The translations under genes were made by a program, and so were the position numbers. A DNA stretch of 64,000 nucleotides, taken from positions 8,804,001-8,868,000 of the forward strand of contig NC_134028.1 of the NCBI RefSeq assembly GCF_964204645.1, written 5' to 3'. The notes beneath the pieces were generated by a model. That model made no database searches. It saw only the letters and a program-made list of their open reading frames with translations, and was not told the origin of the DNA. How positions within the stretch are numbered: the first letter of the stretch is position 1; each line of letters begins with the position of its first letter. The DNA is from Tubulanus polymorphus. Lineage: Eukaryota > Animalia > Nemertea. Positions 42,799 to 56,491 of this stretch are shown here, piece after piece.

Positions 42799-42990
42799 GG
42801 TTATATACTGGTGTACCAGAACACCAATTCAATATGGCGGCTATCGACGGATTCAGTGGCGCCACCGTACTACATTCGAGAGAACTTGCGTTGTGTCGGC
42901 GCATGTTCTCTCGGATGTAGTACGGTGGCGCCACGAATCCGTCGATAGCCGCCATATTGAATTGGTGTTCTGGTACACCAGTATATAACC
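42799..42990. mobile_element. 192-bp near-perfect palindrome (MITE-like)
   Basis: GGTTATATACTGGTGTACCAGAACACC... / ...GGTGTTCTGGTACACCAGTATATAACC. About 90-bp arms with a 9-nt loop. Confidence 0.85.
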
Positions 42991-44236
42991 ATCTTTTCGC
43001 TGCAGTTTAAGGTGTACTGCATTCACTCGCCCCGTCTATATATAACTGAAATTAACTGTCCCAATTACTTTTCCTGCGTTGATGACTTTGCGTTTTCGAA
43101 AATATTTTGCCCATTCGATTTTTACCAGGTGATTATCCGAGTCTTGTGCATTATTAAGTTCAATTTGTGGAAGTGGTATATAGTATATAATATACAGTTT
43201 ATTCATCGACAGACACGGCGTTATTTATTACGAAACTTAATAGATTAGGCGTGTGGGGGTGTGAGGGGACACGTGTGGGGGCGTTAAGTTAAGATGCTGA
43301 TATCTTAAGCCATAATCAGGATGAATGTTGATACAGTGGAACCTCGTTAATACGAGTACTCGGGGCAATAGAAACTCATTCGTAACATGCAATCCAACAT
43401 AGAATTTCCCGCCAATATTTGCGTATCGATTCCCAGCACGCCCCCGTGTTCCCCGTTTGACGTAGGCCCATAAGTACACGATTCCGAATAATGGAAATAA
43501 AGAAATAACACTTTTTTCAAAATTCATTTGATAAAACCTGCAGCATGATGTCAAATTCTGTTGTTATACTTCACATGTATCTATTCTGATACTGATAATC
43601 CACTCGATCAGCGACCCTATTCATTTCGAACCCCATTTTTTTACTAATGAAATGAATAATCTCGAGCGTCGTTAACGAAAATCAAAACAAATGAATCCTT
43701 ATTTATTTGACAAATTCATCTTCAAATTATTCAAATTCAATAAGCTCCATTCCATATCTTGTTTAATTATATAACATTATACGTACGTACGCAAGGGCGC
43801 ATATTTCCTAATATTTCTTTCTCCTCCGTCGCAAGCAGACGAGTGAAAGACGTGAGAGTCGACCATCTCGGAGAGTACCTCGCCAAAGTGGATATAAGAT
43901 TATGTGCGTATGATGTACGGTGTTTGATACCGTCAACCGTCCTGTACAGTCATCACCTAACTGGTATGTAGGGTGTCTACTGTCACCGTCCGGCCGAGTC
44001 ACCACCCGGGTAGAATGTCGCTTGTCATCAGCTGTAGGTTACGCCACCTATCAAGGATCTTTTTCTCATAGATTCGCATATTACTAGCGCATTAATAGAT
44101 TTCTAGATTCCCCGATTTGCTCAATTTACATTTACCTGTACATCGCACTATAAACCCCTACATCAGACCATGGACATATAATCTAGATTATATTATCTAG
44201 TTTATACGTCCATGATCAGATTAAGGACAAGGCATC

Positions 44237-46000
44237 CAATAAAGAAGTTTCCAGTTTCTAGGCGCCATATTGTGGCGGTCCCTCGAGTTCCCCATTGTTG
44301 CGATAATTTGCGCTCATTTTCAAAACATAAGTTTCGATTGAATATCACATAGTTCTGCAGTCCCTTGCTCGATTAACTTAATTTATACACCATTTTAAAG
44401 GAAATGAAATGCAGATATTTGTTGGTAATTCTTGGATTCTTTGAACGCAACAATTGAGAACAGTAACGATATGAAACCAAGGACCGCATATCTTAACCGC
44501 GCGTAAATGAAATCGCGATATTCATTAATTTTGAAATATCTAAGTATATCTTGAAGCTATATTTCCAATTTTCACAGAGGTTAAAGAGGGTTATTTGCAG
44601 TTTAGGCCTGCTTTAAAATTTTTTGAATATCTTTCCTGAAGACTGATCTGTACCCGCTTGAGTTTGAGATTACGCGCAAAAGGGGTCTCCCATTGCGCAC
44701 CGCCATTTCACTGAACATTGAGATTTGTGAAAAGAAATCGCAAAAATAAGATTTTATACTGGTTTGTAATTATCAATATTGCTTCTTATGGTTATATATT
44801 ACCTTTATTTTCGTACGTTTAAAAATGGACTTTGAGTGCTTTGAGGAATTCGAGTTTTGTAGCGATGGGAAATTGAAGGATTTCTTGTAAGAGTGGGGAC
44901 GTTCTGTGTTGGTTGCATAGGTGGCCTAGTTGAGAGCCTAATTTGCTTTTCAACAGAATGTTCCACTCATGGATGGACACTAGAACAATCTTATCTAAGT
45001 TTTTATATAGTTTTGAATATGCGGCGCAGCTTTAAGTAGCCCAACTGGACGTTGAGCCCCTAAAACAGAATATCAAATGGGGGATCCCCTTTAAATATAA
45101 TATTGATATTTTATATCAGTCAGGTTATCTGGTCGATGTTTTCCAGCAAAAAGGTTGAGATTCAGTAAATTCGTCGTATGATCCCAGGATGAGGGATTAC
45201 CGGAGAGAGATGTGTGTTGAAATATGTCCTAAGCGTTTAAATTGACTGGCACATTTCACCATGGACTCTAAAACGTTTTGGGCCCATGATTTCACCGAAC
45301 ACAAAATCGGCGCTAGGCTGGACGGGCTGCATGGCGACAATTCCCCAACTGGGCCGTTCAAACTTCAAAGCGGGACAAACCGGATCCCGAAACCAGCTAA
45401 ACTAATTGCCCCCGCCAAAATACAGTACAAACAAGATACGGATTATAATCTCAAAATATCCCCATGGAAAAAGTGAAGAAATCAAATTGCATTTAAAGAT
45501 TTCTTTTCACAAATCTCAATGTTCAGTGAAATGGCGGTGCGCAGTTGGAGACCCCTTTTGCGCGTAATCTCAAACTCAAGCGGGTACAGATCAGTCGTCA
45601 GGAAAGATATTCAAAAAAATTCAACGCAGGCTTAAACTGCAAATAACCCTCTTTAACCTCTGTGAAAATTGGAAATATAGCTTCAAGCTATACTTAGATA
45701 TTTCAAAATCAATAAATATTGCGATTTCTTTTACGCGCGGTTAAGATATGCGGTCCTTGGTTTCACATCGTCACTGTTCTCAATTGTTGCATTCAAAAAT
45801 TCCAAGAATCGCCAACAAATATCTGCATTTCATTTCCTTTAAAATGGTGTATAAATTAAGTTCATCGAGCAAGGGACTGCAGAACTATGTGATATTCAAT
45901 CTAAACTTATGTTTTAAAAATGAGCGCAAATTATGGCAACAATGGGGACCTCGAGGGACCGCCACAAAATGGCGCCTAGAAACTGGAAACTTCTTTATTG
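44237..46000. mobile_element. Foldback element with about 503-bp inverted arms (44237-44739, 45498-46000)
   Basis: The arms match by reverse complement with scattered mismatches and the core is non-coding. Related fragments occur at 7378-7519, 28070-28165 and about 35175. Confidence 0.9.
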
Positions 46001-46019
46001 TTGCTGTATTGTCTGCATT

Positions 46020-47094
46020 TTATCGTTTCTGATTCGTCGAAGCCCGTTGTTTGTGGCAGACATTGCCTAAAATATCAATGGCTACTTTTCTGAATTGATC
46101 ATTTGTCACACAATACACGATAAAATTTCCTGACGAATCGATGATAGAAAATCCCATCGCTATCTGGTTCATGGTGTGCACAAATGGGACATGACCTAAA
46201 TGCATTAAACGTTCGTAAAAACCAAAACCTTCACAGATGATAAACAAAAACACAACCGATAAAACCATCCTTAAAACCCTAATTTCCCTTCTGGACGATT
46301 CATCAGTTACACCGAGCTCTGAACGTTGAGTAATACGACGCAAAAATATCACCACAATAATGATAACATTGATGACAACTAAAAAACAAATTGGGATCAT
46401 AACAGTAAGATATATCAATAGATAGATTCCAGAGATTGTGTAACGCCATCTTGCGTGGTTAAACCACTGAGGATAGTGATAATACCTACCTAGTACCATA
46501 ATATATGGCCACTCATCCGGGCAATTGATAAATACTAGTTCACGCTCAGGTATGAAGCGAATAAAATGGCCACAAAAACCCAAAAGTGAAATAAACATGA
46601 CTGCGCATTGTGATATTAACTTCTTGGGAATTTTACGCGATTTCAGTGGAAATAATACTACGATCAACCGCTCTAAACTGAGCAGTACAGTGCACCAGTT
46701 GCGTGTCATCTGAGATACGTAGAAAAACGGCAAGGAGACTGTGATAAAACTCTTTCCAAAATTCCAGTCATTCCAGCGAATTACCATATCACCCAAAACG
46801 GCGTAAACGTACGCAGTTCTCAGCGGATACAGAATGAACGTAGCGATCATAAACGAAAGATCTGTAAAAGCCAGAATTTTGATGAGAAAATAATTATCAG
46901 ATTCAAACCGTTTTAGACAACGTGAATGCGTTGAATATCAAACCGAATACAGTCGCCGGTAGATACCAGCCTAAGTATATTGATACGCAGAATTTGTTGA
47001 TCCATTTAATTGGTGTTATCTTTCTTTTTGAACACCAGATGAGGTGAGTTGTTGTCAATGCAATGCTTGTACTAGTGATGTTGTTATCAGACAT
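46020..47094 (-). pseudogene. Single-exon class A GPCR (FMRFamide-receptor-like), one frameshift after TM1
   Basis: MSDNNITS...PATVFGLIFNAFTLSK, then a shift at the A4 run (46911-46914), then RFESDNYFLIKILAFTD, LSLERLIVVLFPL, FIICE and DSSGNFIVYCVTNDQFRK. Confidence 0.8.
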
Positions 47095-47659
47095 TGCAAA
47101 AGCCGTGGAGCCAGACGCACCGAAGTCAAAGAACACGACGAAAACCCTAAGTACTTGAAATTCAGACAAAATCGCTCAACTTATCGTGTCGAATGGCTGC
47201 GATTCTTCAAATTGTTGTTCTTTCGTATGTATTAGCACGTCTACGTCCGCCCAACCTAAATCTCCGCACAAACAGTTTGATTATTCTATTTTGCACTTTG
47301 TATCATATTATATTCGTAAGACCATTCTGAATAGGAAAGGCTGAATGGACCACCAATGAGGAGACGTTTTATTAGCGTTGTATTGACTGAGTTGCGGGTC
47401 AATGCTAAACCTCCAGTGAAAATGATTATCATACCAAATTCAATTAGGTTTTGTATCTTTTCGCGTTAATCGATCAAATTTTGACCATTGGCATTTGCCA
47501 CACAATGTTTCGTATCTCATTTATTGGACTGCAAGTAAAGGCATGTAAATATTCTACTTTGATTCGTGGTAGGCCTAAATGGTTGCGAAAATAATGCAAA
47601 TTGCATAATTTGCAATAATTCATAAAACCAACATCCATATATGAGATGAAATTACATGT

Positions 47660-49440
47660 ATTTCGCTAGCAGCAGTTATTCTGGAAACAGTTAAAAAGGA
47701 TTAATAGAAAACCAGGCGTAAATAAATCCATTGCAACCGACGAGTTCCGAGATTATTTTCAAAGTTTATATAACCCAGATATTCCTGCCTCAGAATTTAC
47801 ACAAACAATTTAATAACTTGTTAGAATCACATGTCGATGTTGTTGTCATGGGAAACAGAATTTCCAATTACAAAGGAAGAGGTTGATCTAGGTATAAGAC
47901 GTTTAAAAAAGGAAAATCTCCGGGATGTGATTATGTTATCTCTGAATTTTTGTTAAATGGAATTGATATCCTGACTCCACATTTAACCATAATTTTCAAC
48001 ATAATACTCGATACTGGAATTTATCCGGCCCTATGGATGGAAGGGATTATTGTACCCATATTCAAAAAAGGTGACAGTGACAAAGTTGATAATTGTAGAG
48101 GGGTAACCATCCTTAGCATTGTTGGCAAACACTTCTCATCTTACTAACTAACTTGGGCTGAAGCTTACAATGTCTTCTCTGATAGTCAATCCGGGTTTAG
48201 ACCCAAGTGTGGAACTATGGACAATATTTTTACCTTACAGTCAGTAATTAATAATTTTATCATCCACAGCAGGAAACTGTACTGTGCTTATATAGATTTT
48301 TCTAAGGCGTTCGATGACATTAACCGAGACGCATTATGGTTTAAATTAATACATTTAGGTATATATGGTAAAATACTTATTATAAGATATAAGATTATTA
48401 GAAGTATGTATTCTATAGTGAAGTCAGTAGTAAAGCATAATGGTTTCTCTAACCCTTCTATTTGTAATAGTGGAGTTAGGCAAGGAGAGAGCCTTTCGCC
48501 ATTTCTTTTCAGTATGTTTTTAAATGATTTACAAGATGAACTTATAAACGCTGGCTACAACGAAGTTAGTTATTATATGCTAGAACTGTATGTATTACTT
48601 TACGCCGATGATACGGTGCTTATTGCAGACTCGGCTGAAGGTCTACAAAACGGTCTTTACCACTTTTTAGAGTATTGTAAAAAGTGGCAAATGGAAATTA
48701 ATGTTGAGAAAACCAAAATCGTAATTTTTAAGAGGCGAGGCGGCAGAAATTATATATTCCATATCGATGGAAAAGAAATAGAAGTAGTGTGACCCAGTAC
48801 AACTATTTGGGCTATATCATGCAAAGTAACGGTCAAACTGGAGACATCATGAATATATAATTAATAAAGCAAAGCGTGCGCTGTTTGCGATAAAACAATA
48901 CACTGACAATTTTAGATATCTAAAAATAGAAACTATTTTGTATCTGCAATACGCATGGATTAATGGTTATGTAAATAATGTGACAACCTTTATTAATACT
49001 GTAAAACGTCGTCTTCAAGATCAGTTCATTCAAACCTGGCATGGGAAACTAAACGAATACAGAAAAGTTACATTCTACAGAGAATCAAATTCAATTTTTG
49101 AAAAAGAAACATATTTAAGACTGATTTATACGAATTACCGTAAAAGTATAGCTAAAATACGAATGAGTAGCCATATCTTATTAATCGAAACGGGGAGGTG
49201 GCAAAGACCACCACTGGAGAGACAACAGAGGAACTGTAGATTTTGCGATGGAACTGATCTTGAAGATGAATACCATTTTATTCTAAAATGCCCTAGATTT
49301 CATGATTTACGACAGAAATTTATAAAACATTATTATTATAGATACCCATCTGTACATAAATCTACTCAATTATTGAGTACACAGAACGAGTACGAATTGC
49401 TAAAATTAGGTAAATACTGTTTCTTAGGTCTAAAATGAAT
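47660..49440 (+). mobile_element. Decayed LINE ORF2 (RT to C-terminus), CR1/RTE-X-like
   Basis: PIFKKGD, QSGFR, IDFSKAFD, GVRQGESLSPFLF, LLYADD, LLIETGRW, C..C...EDEYHF..C. Stops and frameshifts are present. Confidence 0.92.
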
Positions 49441-50993
49441 CCAATCATGTATATGATTAATGTTTTTATATCCTTTACTACTTCACAAAGTGACAGGTGC
49501 CGATATAGAAACGGCGTGAGGATATCGACGGATCGAGACAGAAGTTACACAACAAAGACACCAGTGATCGATAGCATCTACAGAATTATGCTCATCTGTC
49601 TCTAAAGTGGTCTCGTATAGAGGATGAGAAATGATTCCTAATATTACCTGTAATATAATTGCAATTTAATCATTTTAGGTGACCATCTAACCTTAATTTG
49701 TTCATGCTCAATGCGACGATAATCTTCGCCCAGTCATGGTAATGTGTTTGTCTCCGCAGAGATCTCTGTCGCTCTACGATCCTAGCGTAATCAGAATTTA
49801 AAGGCTGGCTTATGTCGACAAGCAAGGCGACGCCTACCGACGCAACTGGGTTTATCGCCGATTAGCGGCAACTAGCGGCCTACGAGAGGCCGCCAGTTGC
49901 TGCTCTATCGGTTCGACATAAGCCGGCTTGCGACGGCAACCCGACGCCTACCGACTCGTCGCAAGCCGTATCCGGCTAGTTGCCCATGTTACTCCGGCCT
50001 TGGTTCTTGGTGAACAATAATCAGAAGACCACTCGTGAGAAATCTTGAGAATTTTAAAATATGGTATTGTTGTATTTTTATGGTACCAAACCAGTTTGGC
50101 ATATACGACAAAAGGACACGATTTTGTAACGTGGTAACAGCTCCATGGACTGTTATGTACACCTTTTGCTCAAAATTTGGTTAGAGTTAACCAGTGGGTA
50201 GTTCAAAGTTCATAGTTAATTTCTTTTGATAAAAGTTTCAAGGGTTCAAAGGTGCAACTTTGTGAAAATAGCTGCTGGATTGTAATGCTAGAAACAGCGC
50301 CAGGGCCAAGTCTCACAAAAAAGTTTAACTCTTAAATCGATTTAATTTCTTCATTAATTCAGTCTTAATTAATTCAGTTCATTAATCTTAAATCGATTGA
50401 GGCCTTAATCTTTTTTTGTGAAACTGGGCCCAGAGTGTTCTCTACATTACGGTTGTTAGGGTGACACACGTCAAGAACCCGCCTTCACAATTCTCAACTT
50501 ACATTTGACCCTACAGTTATTCAGTTACAAACATAACCACATGACCCTTTCGGGAATCGTCGTTAAAGGTGCATCATCGGTCAAAACGATGCCCATCGTT
50601 TGAATGAATGAATGAACCAACGAACCAACGAACCAAAGAACGAACCAACCAACGAACCAACCAACGAACCAACGAATTTATTTTGCATGTATTTTGCATG
50701 TATACCCATTGTGGATAACAGTTCCCAGTTTTCTTCTCTAGGGCGTTATTCTCAGTTAGTGCATTTGGACATTTGGCGTTGTTTTCCAAGGGGATATAAA
50801 CCTTAGTAAAATTGTTTTCTGGTACTGATTTTGTTCTAAATGAATAGTTGAAAACAACTGGACGTTTTCTGCAATTCCTGAAAGCGTCCGTCTTGTTTGA
50901 TTATCACTTATGTAACAGCTGTGGCGGCTGCTATTCATGCGAACTAGATATAACTATCTGCAGACATGACATTATTCAATTCATTTTGAAATT

Positions 50994-53713
50994 ATGTTGC
51001 GCATTAAAGCGTGGTCGCTGGCAATTCCAACAGTAGTGACACTGGTCATTCTTTATCTCTTTCGAAATGTAATCGATGTAGGTGCAAAAATAAAGGTAAA
51101 TATAGATTGTTAACTCTCGAATAGGACACTACATTTGAGAAACTATAGTTTGTATTCCGACACAGCTAACTCAGAATGATATTCTCAAAAATGTTCTTGT
51201 TGTGTATAAACTGCAAAAGAAAACATATGGAAGAATATAATCATAACAAGGTGCGCGGATAGACGAAACAAAACGTGGATTATTTCACACTAGAATGCAC
51301 GAATTGAAGTACTCGAATTTTGAATATTGAAAATCTTGTAACTGAAAACTATTCGACTTATTAACTAAGAACTTTTGTACACAAATGATGATAGACGCGG
51401 CATTTATCTACAGCGCCTCATTCTTATAAAGGCTCCAAAGCGCTTTATAGAATCTAAAAGAGAAATACAATTAAGATACAATTATAATGTAATACGAAAT
51501 AGAATCTGGCCATACAAAAACCAGTAATAGAGCAATAAGGTAAAAGATGAGTCTTCAATGCACATTTGAAAGCATTAAATGACCTGGCCTGCGCATTCTT
51601 CATACGAGGTACGCCTTGCGCCTTGCGCAAAAGAACGGTCACCAAAACCTAGGTTGTTGTGTTCGTGGCATAGTGAAAGCCACGCAAAAAAATACAGCAG
51701 GTTTTTATTTTTACCTCCCTCTTTGAAAGAAGAGAGATGTAGAAAGCCTTTTTTCCAAATTCCGAAAGTGACGAGGGCGACTATTCTTTATTTTTACTTT
51801 TTTTCACTTTCATTTTTATTTCTATTACCTACTGACGAACCTTTTTTGACGCGCGGGGAAAATGAAACTGGTGGGAAACAAGCCATTATCTTTGCGTGGC
51901 CTGACTGGACCTGTATAACAGATCTAACGGATCGACCCGGCGTATATAACGAGATTCATAAAACCATACCAAGCTTAGTTACTTAAAAATGGGTGATTAG
52001 TCTCAGTTTTGTACATTACCAATAAAGAGTACGTTTCGCCGACTTCTTCTTCTAGCGCGTAACAAAAAGCGCGTATCAGAGCGCGTAGCAGCCTTTAACA
52101 CTAAGTTTCTGACTGATATTTCTGTATTGAAATATATGAGACTGTTACTTACCAATTAAATTGTTTTACATAACACGGTGTAACGCCACGTTAGATCCAT
52201 ACTAATGCTGTCGTTTATGTTCAAATGAAAAAAAAAGCTGCCAAGAAAGAGTAGATATTAATGTTGTATCAGCTGTGGTGGCTCTGTGATCAGATCAGTG
52301 AAATCAGTATCAGTACAATCTCTTTTCTATATATTTCCAAAAAAAAATTATACACGTTGGTTGATCTTTATCTCGCCACACGCCACGAGATTCAATTCAC
52401 TGCTACACAAAGCGTGTCGGTTTCTGCAGAATGTCACAACAGGAGTTTTGTTTTAGATAAACCAGCATTTCAAATCTGGCAATACTGTAATTCAATTCCA
52501 CCAAATTCAAATCCCATTCAATTTCATCGTTGTGATATTTCGTAACTTTTCCGGAATAAACCTAATGAACATTTGCAATATTTCAAATATGCATTGTGCA
52601 CTGTGGTATGGTCCAACTTTTAGACGAATATAGTTCTGTCCATAATGGGAAGGCCAGCGCGTCCAACATCTCCACTACTACGATATAAACCGCTGCAGGC
52701 GACTTGAGTGTGACGGTGGAAATCTACATTAAACAATAAAAGTCGATTGCTTCGCTGGTAAAATCTATATACGTACATGTATATTTCAGACACAGAACAG
52801 TAAAATTCGTGATTGGAATGCTACCTATCATCAGAGACTCGCGCATGTAAAATCAGGATGTGAAAAACTAACCAATACATCGACAGGTGGGATAGATGTT
52901 TGTGGCCTGGGACTCTCCATCGCGTCATTAAGTCTCGAGTGTTTAATTTCGAAACATATCTCGCTATCTTTTCTAGGTCCATACACGTACACGTACAAGA
53001 GATTTACGGTCGATGACGTACACAAGATCCTTTATTGCGAAATTCCCAAAGTGGGCACGTCGATATGGAGATACACGTTACTACACACGACCGGAAAACT
53101 TCGCACGACAAACCTATCCCTCATAAATAACCTTGACACGAAACAAAGTATCTACTTAACGTCGTTAGATTTAATCAGGCCACTATCGAGTTATTCTCAA
53201 GATGAAAAAACCGAACGCTTAAAAACCTACTTCAAATTTCTGTTCGTACGACATCCTTTTGAGAGACTGTTATCTGCGTATTTGGATAAAATTGTGCGTA
53301 AATACGATAAAGGATACGCAGACCTCGAGCCAATGATTATTCGGTCTGCCCGAAATAATGTCAAACCTGGAGACAGAGCAACGTTTAAAGAATTCGCTGA
53401 GTTCATCCTTCTTCATTATGTTGATGATATACATTGGGCATCATACGAAAGGCTTTGTCGTCCATGCGATATTGCTTACAGTTTCATCGGGAAATACGGA
53501 GATACGGTCGAAAATGATTTCAAACTTGTTCAAAATCGTTTCCACCTGGAACCGGAACTGGCAAAAACGGCCACACTCCCTCACACATATTCCTCATGAA
53601 AGTTGAACAAATATTACAAACACCTTCCTCAAAAATTGATCGATGATTTGTATGAAGAATACAAAGCCGATTTCATATTGTTTGATTACGATTTAAATTT
53701 CTTGCAGAAATAG
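50994..53713 (+). pseudogene. Carbohydrate sulfotransferase copy 2, in-frame TGA at 53597-53599
   Basis: Exons 50994-51095, 52790-52886 and 52977-53713 are highly similar to copy 1. The stop replaces Glu, with 37 open codons before the ancestral TAG. Confidence 0.85.
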
Positions 53714-54152
53714 TAATTTATTTTGAATAAAGTTATCGTGGTCGGGCCAAACAGGTACGGGCCCATTTGGCGCCCGGGTGAACAGTTGTTCTGGGCCAAA
53801 AACACCCCACGTGTGATTGTCAAACGTAACGTCAAACAGAGAATATGGGGCGTGATACGATTCGATAGGCAGGTATTGGCGGGAAATTTAATGGCGGGTT
53901 GCATGTTACGAATTGTCGTGAATACGAATGATTTTCTATTGGCCGAAGTACTCATATTATTTTATATATATATAAACTTTATTGTCAAAGAAGAATACTT
54001 TTATGACAAGTACATAATTAACAATATTTGGTACAACGAAATTTTTTTATCTAACGAGGTTCCACTGTACGTTAAAGAAACTCCTGTGGCTTCCACGGGT
54101 TGTCCGCAAGACGGTCGGAACAAGCAATTAGATGCACGGAACAGAACGGACG

Positions 54153-54305
54153 AACCAACCAACCAACCAACCAACCAACCAACCAACCAACCAACCAACC
54201 AACCAACCAACCAACCAACCAACCAACCAACCAACCAACCAACCAACCAACCAACCAACCAACCAACCAGCCAACCATTGAACTAACGAACCAACGAACC
54301 AACGA
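54153..54305. repeat. (AACC)n microsatellite
   Basis: Direct reading. Lies upstream of sulfotransferase copy 3. Confidence 0.99.
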
Positions 54306-54630
54306 ATACGTAGGTATTGTAAACAGGGGCCTATAATGGATGCAAGGTCTCAAAATTGAACCTAAAGATGATCGACTTCTTCTACGGCCCCTAACTGGAG
54401 CATTACGTCCAGTTCTTTCTCTAGCGTTCTTCTCTGGCGTTCTTCTCGCCTAATGGTTTTCAGAGTGTGGCTAAAATCAAATGGTCGTTTTCAGCAGGTG
54501 CTGAAACATTTGTTTTTTTTATTCGATCTATCCGTACACTATAGTAACAGCTGTGGTGGTATTTATACCTGCTGACTAAATGAATCTACATGATCTGCTT
54601 TCATTACAATGTTCAATTCATTTTGAAAAA

Positions 54631-54729
54631 ATGTTGCGCAAAGTGTGGTTGTTTGCAGTTCCAGTAGTAGGGATAATAGTCATTTTTCATCTCTTTCGAA
54701 ATACAAGCGATTCAAGTCTAAAAATAAAG
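54631..54729 (+). CDS. Carbohydrate sulfotransferase copy 3, exon 1 only (remainder outside window or lost)
   Basis: MLRKVWLFAVPVVGIIVIFHLFRNTSDSSLKIK followed by a GTAATT donor. Flanks 54330-55540 align to 10808-13120. Confidence 0.75.
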
Positions 54730-56371
54730 GTAATTATAAATTGTTTAAACTCGAAAAATCAAAAAAACTTTTATTCCGACATAGCAAACACAGATTAACC
54801 ATCGAAAATGTTCTTTTTGTGGTAAACGCAAAAAGCATATGGAAGAATCTCAGGTATGCGGATTTACGGGACAAAAACTGAATAATCACGGTTGAATGTA
54901 CATTTAGAGTACTCGGGTTTTGCTAACAAATTTCGTTACTAAACGAAAACGACTCAACTAACTTGGAACGTTTATGCACAAATGACAGACGCGGCATTCA
55001 TCTACAGAGCCTCATTCCCGAAGGCTTTAAAGCGCTTTACCAAATTTTAAAGAGAACTACAATTAGGAAACAATCAAAATATCATACGGAATAGAAATAG
55101 CCATTACAAAAACCAGTAATAGAGCAAACAGGTAAAAAGCTTGCCGAAAAGATGATTCTTAAATGCACATTTGAAATTAGCTCGACATAAGCCATACGCA
55201 TTCCATACGCGAGGTACCACTTGCGCAAAAAAAACGCTCGCTAAAACGCTTTGTTTTTTGCGTGCGTGGAATTTTAGGTTATAACCCGAATCCGTCACCA
55301 TTAGAATCTCCATGTTAAGGCCCTAAAGGCCTAGCAATAGTTTGTATTCGATACATGAATAAACAGGTAGTTCTGTTACTCTACCAAGGAGGTTTTCCGC
55401 CGCCTTTTTTTTTGTTTGTTTAATTGTTAATCCAATCAAAATTGCATCGTAAGCTAAACAACTTTAAAAAGTATGCACGGACTTCTGTGAGATTTTCTAG
55501 GAACGGTGAGAGGAAAATAGGTGATGGGAATAGGAAATTCAATCTTGTGTGACATTCACTAAGGGCCTTTTAGTGTCTGATGTATCACAGGAAACTTTAT
55601 AGCGAACTGTACAACATAAACCTAAAGGAATGATTAGCCAGAAAGTTCTGGCGGGTTATTAGTCCCCCAAAAAATAATTTGGGACTGTTTTTTTTTTGTT
55701 TACTGTTTGGTCGAAACACATAATTCTTACTGTGAGCCATTCTATAAGGAAGGACAAACGCATACCTGTAAAAATCAGCTACGCCTCGTCAAAAAGTAAC
55801 CCTGGTCCTAAACGCATAGAAATACTGTTTTGAAACAATTGATTATCATCGTTTAACGATGCAAAGCTCTCCGATATTGATTGTGTCCCCTGGTTATGGA
55901 TATATCAATGCTTAACATCATGACCGAAACTTCAATATCAATAGGCCTCTTGTTATATGGTTAGAGTAGATGATGATGTTATAACAGCTGCTGTTGCTCT
56001 GTAATTAGAATAGTGACGGTTGGCAAAATTCGGTATGCGGTAAAAATCCCCTAGGTAAAAATCAGGTCTGCGTTCTGCTTTTCTAGTTAGATTATGTATT
56101 CTTTTTCTTTTGTACATCTTCTTCTATGCGCTTTTGTCAAATCAAATCAAAATGAAAAAACTGTAATATCGTCTTGATGATAATATCGTCACCACCGATA
56201 TCATCATCAAGGAAGGTACCACCATTGGGTACCACCCCAGCTCTGTACCATCGCAGTAGAATTTTTGGAGTTTACTTCGATACCCCAGGAACTACAGTAT
56301 TCACTAAGTTTGAGGAGAGAATCCCACAATGATAATAAAAAAAGTCCGAAAATGAAACTTCGAGATAGTAG

Positions 56372-56420
56372 TTTATTTCAACGTTTCGACTATATCCTAA
56401 TAGTCATCTTCAGGAATAAA
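56372..56420 (-). ncRNA. Minimal hammerhead ribozyme-like motif (inverted copy)
   Basis: Exact reverse complement of 56443-56491. Confidence 0.7.
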
Positions 56421-56442
56421 GGCTTTATTCATTTATTCAGGC

Positions 56443-56491
56443 TTTATTCCTGAAGATGACTATTAGGATATAGTCGAAACGTTGAAATAAA
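56443..56491 (+). ncRNA. Minimal type I hammerhead ribozyme-like motif
   Basis: TTTATTC-CTGAAGA-T-GACTAT(loop)ATAGTC-GAA-ACGT-T-GAAATAAA. Both core boxes, a 6-bp stem II, palindromic stem III and a bulged stem I are present. Confidence 0.7.

Noticed and set aside
53723-54353. 187-aa ORF with NQPT repeats and antisense VGWL repeats
   Set aside because: Reads through the (AACC)n microsatellite, with no domain features.
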